Source of the DNA: Atractiella rhizophila
Lineage: Eukaryota
Reading direction: 5' to 3'
DNA: 64,000 nucleotides
NCBI GenBank assembly: GCA_021432655.1
Contig: MU271185.1
Span: forward strand, 1 to 64,000
The notes under the pieces were generated by a model. That model ran no database searches and was not told where the DNA came from. It saw only the letters and a list, made by a program, of their open reading frames with translations. Of the stretch, positions 34,093 to 46,843 are shown in pieces (the stretch's first letter is position 1; each line of letters begins with the position of its first letter). The translations under genes were made by a program, and so were the position numbers.

Positions 34093-37000
34093 GGTGAGCG
34101 TGCCAAATCGGGACTTCATCCCCTTCAGTTTCCCGTAGAGGACGAAGTCCGTCTTGGCTTCCTCGAAAATGGCACCATGTTTCTCCCAGACCATTGCTTT
34201 GTTGAGCATCACCTCGAGGTTAGCAATGGCCATCGGAGGGTTCGTCGCACGGGCATTCATGTGGATGTCATCTACGAACCCGCATTTGAGAGATTCCCCT
34301 TCCGGCGCCTGTATTTCAAGCAGATCAGCATTGTAAAACAGGTAGAGAATAGGAGAGAGGGGGGATCCTTGTGCCAGTCCTATGGCAAGGGCGAATGGCT
34401 TTGAGGTGTAGCCGTCAAAGTTGTAGGTTGTCTCCCTATCCATAAGCCACGATTGGATGATTTCAATCTCGCTTTCTGGGACTGCTCTTTTCCTTAGGTC
34501 GTCGATTAGTCGAGGGTGGACCACTGTGGGAAAGGCGCCTTTGACGTCCAAGGAGACTGAAGCCGTTACCTCACCCTTCCTCCAGCCTTCTCGAATGAAC
34601 TCTGTCACAGTTAGTAAGGCATCGTTGGTGGATCGACCTGGCCTGGCACCGAAGTGATGGGAGGGGAGGGCACCATTTCTCTCTGCGTGGAAAGTGAGTC
34701 TGGCTGAGGTAATGCCGTCAAAAACCTTTGCCACACAGTCCAGGAGAGCGATGGGCCGGTAGGCTGAAGGAAGGGAGTAATCCGGTCGTTTGGGCTTTCT
34801 GAGAATGACCGTCGTGAAGCTTTTCCAAGACTTTGGGTAATATCCAACAAGGTGGCAAGCTGAAAAGATGGTGAAGAGGGGTTGGCGAATCTCCGACCTA
34901 ACCTCTTTTAATACCTTGTTGGAAATGCCAGTCAGTCCAGGGGCGGAGCTTGTTTTGATCCTATCTATTGCTTCATCAATTTCTTCAATCTTTAGCGGAA
35001 CGGAGGGGGCAGAGGAAGGGGATGGGGATGGAATGTCAGAGAGGTCGCAGCGTCGAGCGGAGGGGTTAAATGAGGAATGCAAAAGAGATGCTTTTTCAGC
35101 TGGGGAGGAAACAGTGTCATCGGGACTGTTTGGGTCAGTGAGGGGAGGGATGTCACGACACTGTTCCTCCCTCTTTCCGTACTTATGCGCCGTCCATATT
35201 GAGTTTTTGTCCAGGTCAGCGAGGAAATCTTCGAAGTGTTGGGACTTTGCCTGCCTGATATCAGCGTGGAACTGGTTAGCCGCTCCTCGCCATCGCAGGC
35301 GAGTTTCCTCCATAGTTTCCTCACTACCCCTTTTCTTAGCTTTGAGAAACCTGTTACGAAGTTTGTTGACCATCTTTCGCTTCTCTGACAGTTGATCCGT
35401 CCACCATCGCTTTGTTGATTGTCCTTTAGATGCTAAAGGTATTAGCTTCATACCTTCAATCAACGCCGCTGTGAGGAGTTCAACTGCATCGTCTATCCTT
35501 TCTCGCGTCGAAGGCCCGTCCACATCCCCTGGGATCCCTGCAAGTAGGTCAGACTTTTGTAGGTGTTCCCTTACCAGCTCCCAATTAGCTGACTGGGTGT
35601 TATATTGGGGACGTGGATTGAAGGCTGTCAGGAGTAGCGAAAGTTTGGTCACTAACTTGTAATGGTCCGAGTTGTGACTGTCTCCCCCTCAGTCAGTAAC
35701 ACAATATGTTATGTATTCGTCAGCTGTTTCGTTAGTGAAAATGAGATCGATAGTAGTCTCGTAGCCTAAAGCGCTGATGTACGTTGGAACGCCTCTTTGT
35801 GAGTGTAAGGTGAGACCTATTTCCTCGAAACTTTCGAGGAGATATTCCACGTTGCCATCCGTGCGGGTGTACCCTTCAGGGTTCCACTCGCAGTGATGCA
35901 GATTGAAGTCCCCCCCTACATATACCAGGTCTTCTTCACCCAGCAACCCTCTCTCTTTTAAATCAGCAAGGAGTGTCATGACGTTGTCGATAGATTGTGT
36001 TCCTCCTGCTGCATTGTATACGTTGATGATAAAGAGATGCTCCCTTCCGCTCAGTGAAATCATGATTGCGGAAATGTCTGGAAATTTGGTTGGGATCTCA
36101 GTGAAGGAGTCTCCTTCAAAGGTTTTTAGATTAACCAGGATGATTGAGCGTGAGACTTCTGACCTCGAGTCAGATGTTTTGATCTTTTTTGATAGCACTG
36201 CTTTATATCCTGGGAAGCGTATAAGGGTTCCACTGTTAGGAAGGACTGTGGGTGGTTCTTGAATAAGGATGATGTCTGCCAATCTGTCATTCGAGTTCAT
36301 AAAAGAATGTGTAATGGTACCCCTTTTATGGTGGTTTTGTTGTATGATGGTAATGTATTTTTCCCGGCGAAGTGAAATGGGCGTAATAGGAGGAGCAGGT
36401 GGGTTATTTCCACTGTCTGAAGATGTGTCGCTTTCGTCATCAGACCATCTAAATATTTCATCTATCATTCAACGACTTCATTGTTGCTCAATACCGGCAA
36501 CTCTGACGTTTGACTCTCCGTTTCTCGGTTTGGGGTGTTCTCTTTTTCCATATGTTCTCCCTCTGGACTTCTGGGTGCCCCTTCCGGTTCGTCATCCTCC
36601 TTCTCAAAGAATTCTCCCAATTCCTTCTCTACGAGTCTCACCTTTGCTCTGTCTGCTCTTTTTCTCAGGCAATTGTCTCCTCCGTATGCGCCATGGGCAC
36701 CATGTCCCTTATCTCCACAGTAGGCACATCGCAGAGAGACCCTAATGTGAGAGCAGGGCATTCCTGCAAGAGGAGGGGGATAATCGCCACATGGTGTGGG
36801 ATTGGTGCCCTCTTGCATGAAGCAGGAGAGGTTTTTCATGCAGTTTTTTGTGTCATGATCTTCCGCACAAGCTCCGCAGACTGGTCTGCCTTTCCTATGG
36901 CAATTTCTGCCAAAGTGTCCCAGTTGAAAACAGTTGAAACACTGAGGTAAGGCTCGAATCAATTTTTCAGCATTGAGGCGTCTGCCATTGAAGAGCACTC

Positions 37001-38670
37001 CTCTTTCAATGGCGTCGTCCGCGACTTTGCCGTCTTTGAAGAATATCAGCAAGGATAAGAAGCTTTTCAGAGCGCTGCTTCCTACATCCTTGTCCTTGAA
37101 TACTTTCTTCGAGACCCATTCTAACTTCAGAATGTCTGTCTCCGTCCAATTATTTCGCTCAAGAAGTAACTTCTTGACATGATTCTCATCCTTTATGTTC
37201 CAGTCTGTTGGGACTCTGTGAATCACCACCACGTCCGTTGGAACATTCCGAATGTATCCCTTAAGTTCACCGCATGCGTCAAGCCACTCTGTAATGGTTT
37301 CCGTAGCTCTGTTACAGTCGACGGCGTCGTTGAACCATAGAGTTAGTCCCCCACCAGGTAGTTTGTCGACTGCTGACGCAGCAACAATAATGTTATCCTG
37401 TTCTTCGGGGGTCTCATCTCTTGTTGGTTCTCTGAACACCATTCTTTTGACTAGAGCATTGTTCACCTGAGTAAGCAAGTCCGCTTCGGGTTTATCAACA
37501 TAATGGGCATTCCAATCAGGTGGAGGGAAAAGTGTCAGCTTTTTGAAGTGATTTCTCCTCTGGCGAGCTTTCTTAGAAGCGGCCTTTGAAGGGATAGGAG
37601 CATTTTTGATGTCTAGAAGTGATGGAAGAAGGCTAAGTGGAGGGAAATCCTTTGCATCCGGGACCCAAGCGGGTCGGATGTCGTTCCTTTCACGAACGTG
37701 GATTCCCTCTGCAAGTTTGCTTTCAATCCCATCTAGTCTGTCTAGAATCAATTCGATTGACTTGTTTGTGATAACTTGATTGCGAAAGATGCGACACATT
37801 TCACTAAGAGGGTCTACCTTGAGGAGAGAGAGACATGTTTTTAGAAGGGTACTGATATTGTCTACTACGGTTTGATCCGTTTTAAATTCCCCTCTAGCAT
37901 TCCTAAGTTTGTTGTTCCTGCACATAGCACGAAATTCTGTGAACGTAAAGTCCAAAAGTTGGACCGGATCGTTTTGGGTCTCTTCATCAATGCCCAAAAC
38001 GTCCACAACTCTTGGAAAGAAAGGGGTGGCATGGATGGAATGAGATGGGGCAGACTCCCAGTTCGAACCACTCTTATCAACGACGTACGTACTATTGGCC
38101 CTTTCTCCTCCATCGCTTTCATCGACAGCCCTCTGGCTATTCCTCATGGTTCCTCCTTTGTTAGCACCTGCGGAGGAGAGCTGGCTTTGGGGATCGGGGG
38201 GCGCATGTAGAAGTTGGTGCAAATTCTACTCACAGTTCCCCTCCTTTCCCAGTTCCAGAAGTGGCCTTTCCTCCCTCTTGCGAAGGGTTGGGGCCTTTCT
38301 GGGGCATGGTGGTGGGTGGATTGTGTTGGAGAGTCGGTTTTGATGCAGGGTGAAATATAGGATATGGTCCACCTGCTCGTTTTGGTTTTGGTTGACTAAC
38401 CACTGATGTCACTTGACCAGAAGCTCAAGGTTGCAGATGGGGATTGGAGGCATTCACCTGACTTAGTGTTGGATTTTGCAGTCTAGTTTCGTGCCACTCA
38501 GTGGCAAAGTCCTTAAGTTTTCTGGAATGTTCTACTACTTTCTAGTTGCCACTGCTGTAAGCTATATAAACACATAGAATTCCATTTCCTGGTGCTCATG
38601 CGTTTGCAAGAGCTCAGCCAAACGTAACCAAGTCGTACTTAGCTCCGCTCCTCAGCCCGTTGATTTCCAA
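34093..38670 (-). mobile_element. Tad1-like LINE, copy 2 (ORF1, APE, RT; 3' part missing)
   Basis: ORF1 ~36465-38412 with a premature stop at ~38230, APE 35689-36468, RT ~34093-35652 (YRPIALL, LAQGSPLSP, GFVDD). Homology to copy 1 stops at ~34093; the 5' boundary is approximate. Confidence 0.9.
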
Positions 38671-40164
38671 CACTTAGGTTCCATGGAGGGCTGAGGTCCG
38701 TTTCTCCACCCTTCTTCCTATGCCGCACTTTGGGTATTAGTGTACTAATACTGATGCGCGAATGAGAACAGGCGCGCATCCAGACCGCCCTCTACCTTGT
38801 GAAGGACAGCGGAATGTACGTCCAGGTGGGGATGGGCAATGATTCTGACAAGGAGCTCATCGCCGCCATCTTCAAGGCAGAAGCGACCATGCATTAAGAC
38901 CACTCAGGTTCGTCTCCCCTGCTCCTGTACTTTTTCTAAAGTTCACACTGGGATGTGTAAATGAGTAGAGAGTTGAAAGGAGATTGCGTGGAGAGTCATG
39001 TAGGACGTGTTACAACTTCAGGGCGGGAAGGTACTCGCTCTGTCCCTTCATCGAGTTCCCTGCTACGCTTTCTTTGTGAGCTTTCCCTCTTCCTTCTCTC
39101 CTCTTCGAGGTATGCAGCTTCCTGCCGACTAGATTTGTTAGCAGGGCGGACCCCGCGAGGTTCTACAGACTATGGCGAGAAATGTACATTATTTTCCTCA
39201 CCTGTCCGCTCTCCAAAATTGACTTATAGTGTCCTTGATGACAGACCCTACAGATTTGAAGGTTGAATTTTACCTTCTTCGGGTTTGTCTCCCTCCGTTT
39301 CTCCTCCTCCCCCTGTTCCCTTCGAACAAAAGCTAATCACTGAACAGCCAGTCTAAGAGTGCTCCTCGCATAGGCAGGTGCGAGGGCATTAGGTACTAGA
39401 AGGATAATCGCCGTTGACATTCAAGAGCGGCAGACTCGTTGTATGTGGGATTGGAGTCTTTCATGCCTGCCAAAGGGAACAACTCAAGCAACACTGAAAC
39501 AATGAATCGACCTCTTTTTACATTGTGGCACTTTTTGGACAGAACTTAATGTCTTGAAACTTGACTCAAACGGTGAATCAGTTTCTTTACATGGCAATTT
39601 TTGGGTGGAACTTGTTATCTTAGGCACTTTTACAGGGAATCAACAGAATTGTTTGCATGAGAGAAGACATCCGTAATACAGACAGAGAGTGTCCTCCTCA
39701 CAAACCTGATCTCGTCATGCCCTGAAGGTTCCTCAAGGAATGAAAAGAGCAATTCTACTCCTTCCCATCCATCATCGTCATTTCCCATATCTCTCATTTC
39801 CTGATCCCCCCAGAACGAGCAGATAAACACTGAGAAACTGAGTCACTCCAAGCAGTACAACATAGCTATGACCTTTACCGCATTGTTTTGTAATAGCGGC
39901 ATGGAAAGACTTCGTGCAGATGGGGTTCCATGATTGCTCGTAACCATTGAGCGCGAGGCGTCGAGTACGAGGGAGGTACCTTTGTGAGGTGCGGTAGGTT
40001 GGATAATGGGGAGGGGGATGGTCGGATGGCATAGTCCTGAACGAATTCCAGCCCTGTTCCCAGTCACCCATGTTCAATGCTGTGTTCAATGAGAGGAATA
40101 CGAACTGCACACCTTCTTCTTGTGTCTTTCCTAGACCGTGAGTCAAATCTGAGAATCTCCAGCA

Positions 40165-42025
40165 TCACTCCTCCCCTCCCTCTCGAACCCATATCCGGTT
40201 ATTCCCCTCGGCCACCCCGAACTCTCTCAACGTGCTCCTAGCCTTGCATATCTCTTCCTCAAGCCACCCTCCAAAGAATAGCTGAACCATCAAGTCGCAT
40301 CCTCTTGTCGTCTTCACATTTTCAGCACCATCCACCGTATCTGCCTCCTCCTTCACCCCCCTGTCCCCAAAGAACCAGCAGATGAAGTCTGAGAATACGA
40401 ACCCTGTCAATTGCCAGTCCACCACACAGTACCGAACCTCTACACAATCTATCGCTTTTGCATTTGTGAGGGTGTGGAAGAACTGGGGGGAAACGAGGTT
40501 TGAAGTTTCCTCACCACCGTCGAGGTAGAGTTCGGTGAGATGTTTGAGGTGTGAAAAGTCGAGTGGACTGGGTAGGATGGAGGTCTTTCCATCAGGCGAG
40601 TAGGGGGCGAGGGTGATCATGAGCCAACCTAGAAGAGGCGGTAGACAGGAGCCTGAGACAGAGGGAGGGAGGGGACACAGGTTGGAGAGGCACAAATCTG
40701 TGAGGGTGAGTGGGAGAGAGAGCGGCGGGAGAGGCGGGTATGTGCGAAGCTCTAGGTTTTCGAGGTCAGATGATAATTGAAGGCCTGGTGATGTCGACGA
40801 GGCAGAGTCCTCGACGTCGAAAGCACGGAAGAATCTGATCCTGCCACCCATCCTCTGCATAAAATTCTCAACCTCATCCTTCTTCCACTTTCTCGAACCT
40901 TCTCCTCCAAAGCGTACATCTTTTAACCTTGTCAAGCCTTCAATCGCATGCAACACAATCTTCGCCTCCTCTTCATTCCAAAATGCTTCCATGTACACTC
41001 CCGTGACATTCGGCGAGCCCGCGATGACGTCTTTCGCCATCTCAGCACTGATGTCATCGTCCTCACTCTCAAATGAGAGATATGTCCACAAACGCCCGGC
41101 ATTAGGATAAGCCTTCAAGCGAGCATGCATCTCCTTCACAGAAACTTCTCCACTCAAATATGGGGCTGAAACAGCCTTCCAAAGCTGACAGACGGCAGAA
41201 AGTCGCTCGAAGGAAACGAGATATTCTTCTTCGAAACCTTTGATGAGCTGTTTATATTCATCAAGTGAAAGGAACTCAAAAATGAGTGAGAGGATCTCAG
41301 TAGGAAGCTGTGTGATACTGCATAAACTAATACTTGTAGGTCGAGTTGTGGAGAGCGAGAGTTGGATGGTTGTCCCCAGACCGGTGGATGGGATGCTTGA
41401 TTCCTCCCATTCGCTGAGAGGAACGAAACGCCGTTCCTTCTCCAAGTATAGGGCAACGGCTTCAAAGAGGACCTGCCAGCGATCATCTGGAAGATGAAAC
41501 GTGCATGTGAAGGGCGTCACGTCCAGGTCGTCCAAATCCACAGATGTATGACGTTTGGTATCCCGGAAAGTTACCGTAATGCTTTCCTCCTCCAACGCGA
41601 TGCAAAGAATCACTGCACCGTCGGGTTCGACTTCATTTTCGTGACCTTCCAGAGAGAAGTAGGACGATTTCGAGGGTCCATAGTTGAGCTTCCAGAATCG
41701 AATAGGTAAGACGAACTTGATCCGGAGCGTGTGAATTGATGGAGGTAGGCGAGAAATGAAAGAGGGAAGAATGGAGAGGTGGATCGGAGTGCCATGTTGT
41801 AATGTTACTGGGGTGATGAGATGGACCAGTGCGATAGACTCTGTTCCCTGATCACCCTTTGGTGAAATCAATGGTTCCTTCTCAACGTTTCCCCGAGATG
41901 CACGGGACTGAAGCTCACGAATTCATGTCAGATGAGACAAGAGAAGGGGAAAGATCATATCATGCCTGCAGCGCATCCGCACTTTGTCCAACCATCTCGA
42001 CGTTCTCCGCGCAATGATCAGACAT
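40165..42025 (-). CDS. F-box / LRR protein, copy 3
   Basis: Exon 1 41966-42025, GC-AG intron 41908-41965, exon 2 40165-41907, in frame and open. Confidence 0.85.
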
Positions 42026-45000
42026 CACGATCGTGAGGATGGAGATTGCAAAACCGTTCGTGGGAGTCGAATTAGGCGACCGTTTGCAATTAGGACAGAT
42101 TAGGACGATGTTGGGTGGAATAAGTCTGCGTCCGGACAATGAAGGCTTTAGTTCTCTAGCACTTGACTACCACATAGTGCCACAGGAAAACCTAAAATAT
42201 GCAAAAGAACTGAAATCCCCTGCAACACTAGTACCTAAATTACACTGCAATTCAAATGAGAGCTAGTGCAGAACGCTCTGATATTGATGCTTCGCCAGCA
42301 ATGATCTGATTGTAAGAGGAAAGACTAGATAGGGCTGGGAGAGATAGGGCAGTTAGCAACAGGATGGCAGACGGAGCGGAAGCCACTTGCATCTCAGCGA
42401 GAATATAGGTGATGTTCGAGTCAGGAGTAGGAGACAAGAGGGACGGAGGGCAGAGGCCCAGGAGCATGAGAGAGAGGCCGACCTAGACACCCTCTTTTGG
42501 CCATGATCCAACACTGTCCCCATTGCACTCCTCTTTCTTCATCAGGTATTTCATTGTTGACCTTGATGTCACGAAGCAAGCGCCAGTGGAAGGTAAGCCA
42601 TGGAGTGCGAGCTCGAGTGGGATGGAAGATGCAGGATGAGGTGGGAGAGAGAAGCGGCATGAAACACGGGAGAGGCATAGCAGGATGAGAGATGGCGAGG
42701 GAGTCCGAACAGAGGTGCGAAGAAAGCGCCACGCGTCCCTCCGACATCCTCTTGTCACATACCCTCCCTACTACCCGACATCCAGCCTCAAGTCCACGTT
42801 CGACGTCTGACTTCCGACCGCTCATGGCTTGGTGCAGGCGTGAAGGGGTGGAGTGCAAGAGGACGTGGAGTGGGACTATCAGAAGGGGGCAGCGAAGGAT
42901 CTAGTCTGCATGTCAGTTAGGACACTTGTGGCAAGGAAAGAGAGGGAGAAAGGGAATACACTGACACCAGAAGGAAAGTCCCAACGAACCTAGCATGCGA
43001 AAAAAGCAGAGGGGTTGGCGACATGTGAAATGAAAGGCGAACCTTGGCGCAGAGGGTAAGTGCAGCAAAGAGAGATGGCAGAGGTCGAAAAGGAGTAGAA
43101 GAGACGCCGGAACGGTCCTTCTCGCGTCCTTCTGCGATCATCGACCGAATTCGTCCCCTCTGTCCACCATTTTCAGCATTTGAAGTGCCTCCTATGCTTT
43201 GGGTTGATCTTAGATGACCATTTTGCGAGGGAAGGTGGAAGGGATTGGTGGAGGGGGAATAGGCAAAGGTGGAGCGCGAGAGAATGGGCGAGGCGGAGAA
43301 AGACGGCGGCACGAGTGGGATGTGCGAATGGGTTGGCAGGGACTTCTTTCTGCCCTCCTTTCCGACCCCATCTGAGCCACAGTCCAACTCCTTCGCCACC
43401 ACGCGTCCCTACTGCGCTGAGCGGTTGACTAGCGATGCCTACGGTGAAGCAAGTTGCTTAGAGTCGAGCGATATCTGAAGCGGGCTGGGGAATGTTAGAG
43501 AGCGCCGTGAAACGAGAGGGCAACTGTGGGTGAGAGAAAGCATATCACGCCCTCCGATGTCCAAGCACAATCCCCAACCAGCTGTGTCAGCTCCATCCTC
43601 TACTTTCGCGATCCGACCTCCAACTCGGCCTTGCGTTCGTGGAGGACAGAAAGGTTGCTGGAGGAGCGGAGGATGATGGATGTCGACAGGAGCGCGGAGG
43701 TGAGGACAGAGGGATGCTAGAGCGACAGAGGTGCCGCGAGGGAAACGCGAAACCGGGATGAGATGGAAGGAGGTATTGAGACAGGTGCAGGGCGGCGCTT
43801 ACTGCTTCCCTCTAACTGCCTTCGTAGCCCCGGTAGCTAAAGGTAAGGCAGAACGCCTGGAGGGTGGAGCAGTGCTGAGGCGGGACGGGTTGCACGGGAG
43901 AGAGGCGATGGTGGACAGGGTGGCGGGGAGAAACCTATACCCATGTCAGTAAACGCAAATGCAAAAGAGGGAGAGGAAACGGGACGGCCTGTTCTCTCGT
44001 ACCTCTCTGCCCCTCCATCTCCGTCACACTTCGCCTTCCATTATGCACCATTCTGTTGGCAATGCATCTTATTCCCTCCCTTCTTTGCGTTCTTGTCTAT
44101 TCACCACTGGCACACCTCCGCTACCGTCTCTCCTCCCTGCGCCTCCTCACCCAGTCGAGCCTGCTCTGTCACCAGCTGTCCAAGTATTTCGGTTCGTACT
44201 GACTCCATCACGCGTAGTCTAGGAAGGGTCCATCGGCAATAGGGGACGGTGGGGGATAGCTGCGGTGAAAGAGTACTGAGCAGGAGAGAGGAGCCGGAGG
44301 GGATGACGAAGAGGTTGAAACAGGAGAGGAACACAGCACTATCCACAGCGAAGGAGACCAACGAGACGCCAGAGATGTGCGGAGGTGAGGCATGGGACTG
44401 CATGAAAGAAACGGCTAGCTCAGAGCGAGAAAGAAGGAAGGGAGGCGGACTCGGAGATCGAGAGACGATAGAGGACGTTCGGAGATGGTGGACTAGTGAC
44501 TGGTTGCGGAGGCGGAGGAGACGAAAAGAGCTGCCAGTGGCGGTCCGTTTCGGATGACTAACCGAAAACTCATTCGCTTTCGCTTTCACAGAGCGCCGTG
44601 TGACCATGGCATCATCTGGGGGGTGGTACTAGACAAGTGCACACAGGTCAAATTCGCGACGCGTCGCATTCCCGATGTGCAAGATCTCACCAGAGGCCAG
44701 TCTGTCTTCCTTTTCTTCCTGTGTCCAACTTGCACCTAATCAAAGGATGGATGCAGGATCCGCGCAAAGGAGTCTGTGGTTCCAACATCCGCGGATGGGA
44801 AGATCGCGAATTTCAGTCTCAAAGTAGCTATGGTCTACGGTCACGAAACTGCCAGCGTAGTCGTTGCTGACACGTCGCCACCTCTCCACTCTCATCGATC
44901 TCATCTCTCATCCACTTGCTTAAGAAAATGAACAAAGTTTGACCAAAAGTCACATGCCTCAAGAAGATAGAGGTATCGCGCTTGAGCCCAGAGAGAGACT

Positions 45001-46843
45001 CTTAGAACGTGTTATGACTGCAAGGTGGGAAGGTATGACCTATGTCCTTCCATCAAATGTTCGTCGTTACCCCGCCTTTCGTGAGTTTTCCTCCTTCTGT
45101 GGCACATGTTCGGGTGCTAACTGCATTGGATGGTAGGACAAAACTCTCCAACAGTTCTACAAGCTCCGAGACAACCGTACGACCCCTCCCCTTGCCTACT
45201 CCTCTCCGATCGCTGACCTATGATGTCTGTGCTGCAAGCGCCTACAAATTTCAGAATGTACATTCTATTCCCTCTGCTCCATGGAATATCTTGTATAACG
45301 AAACCGATTGGACAGAAGGTTTCCCTATAAGAAGAAGAAATGGTGGAACCACTCTCCGTGGCCTCCAAAACGTGGCAAATATCAATGGATGAAAGCTGGG
45401 TTGAACGTTGTCATTTGCCTGTCTGTCTCCCTCCATCTACTCCTCATCTATCTGTAGAATAAAATAATAATGACGGTGTTTCAAGAGTATGCTCGCTTGC
45501 GCGAACAAGTATGAGGGATAGGAGACTTTCATGGCTCCCAAACGTGCGTCCAACCCTGATGCCTCTTATGCATGACTTGTCTCACGCTCCTGTTTCTTTT
45601 TGCGCGTGATGGTTTGCGTTTGTGGTTTAGCAGGGAGAGCAGAGCATAGCGTATTCGAGACAGTCGTGGGGATCATGAAGGAGGAGTTCAAGACTGCAGA
45701 CAGGGAATTGGAAGATATCAACATGACCATAGACTGCATGGGGCTGAGGTTCGTTTCTTTTTCCTGCACTTTCTGATATTGGTGTACTAAAATACTGATG
45801 CATGAATGAAGCCAGGCGTGCATCGAGACCGCCCTCTATCTCGTCAAGAACGGCGGAACGTACATCCCAGTCGGGTAAAGAGTCCAAGCTCCCATCATCG
45901 CCATCCTCATGAAGGAGAGGCTCCTTCCATTGCTTCTCCCTTTACCTGTACGCATTTCTGAAGCTTCTTGGTTAGTTATTGAGTTGCACGATACTTAAGG
46001 ACTGGGAGAGTTGTGTAAGTGATTGGTTTGGTTGCTGCAGTTCTTGTCGACTTGAAGTCGCAGCGCTACAAGTTCAAAGATACAATTTGCCCCTCGAGGA
46101 CAACGTAGCCTCGTCCCCAAGGGTTCAAGAAATGGTACCATTGTTATACCACATCTTCGATCTTCGATGGCGCCGCTTTCTGTTCTGTTAAGTAGTCCAT
46201 CATTGAATGCCTGAGTAGTCGTCAACCGTAAGAATGACTCGAGTGACACTCAAAGGTGATCGGCTTCACTACATTGTAGCACATTTGGACGGACCTTGAT
46301 GCCTTGGGCGCTTTTGCTGGGAATCAGCAGAATCATTTGCATGGCAGAAGACATCCGTAATACACACAGAGAGCACCCTCCTCACAAACCCGATCTCGTC
46401 ATGCCTTGAAGCTTCCGAAATAGTCATTGACACCAATTCTACTCCCTCCTATCCATCGTCATCATCACCCCTATCCCTCATTTCCTGATCCCCCCAGAAC
46501 CAGCAAATAAACACTGGGAAACCGACTCACCCCCGCAGCAGGAAATAGTTATGACCTATACCACATTGTGTTCTAATAGTGTGCATGGAAAGACTTGGTG
46601 CGGATGGGCTTCCAAGATTGCTCATAAGAATCGAGCATGAGGTGTCAAGTACGAATGACTTTTGTGAGGAAGTTACGTTAAATAGTGGCGGAGGGACGGA
46701 GGGATGGCAATGTTCCGAACCAATTCCAGCCCTGTCCCTAATCATCCAAATTCAATGTTGTTTTAGATCGAGAGCGATACCAAATGCGCACCTTCTTCAC
46801 GTGTCTTCTCTAGAAGGCAAATGAAATCTGAGTACCTCCAGCA

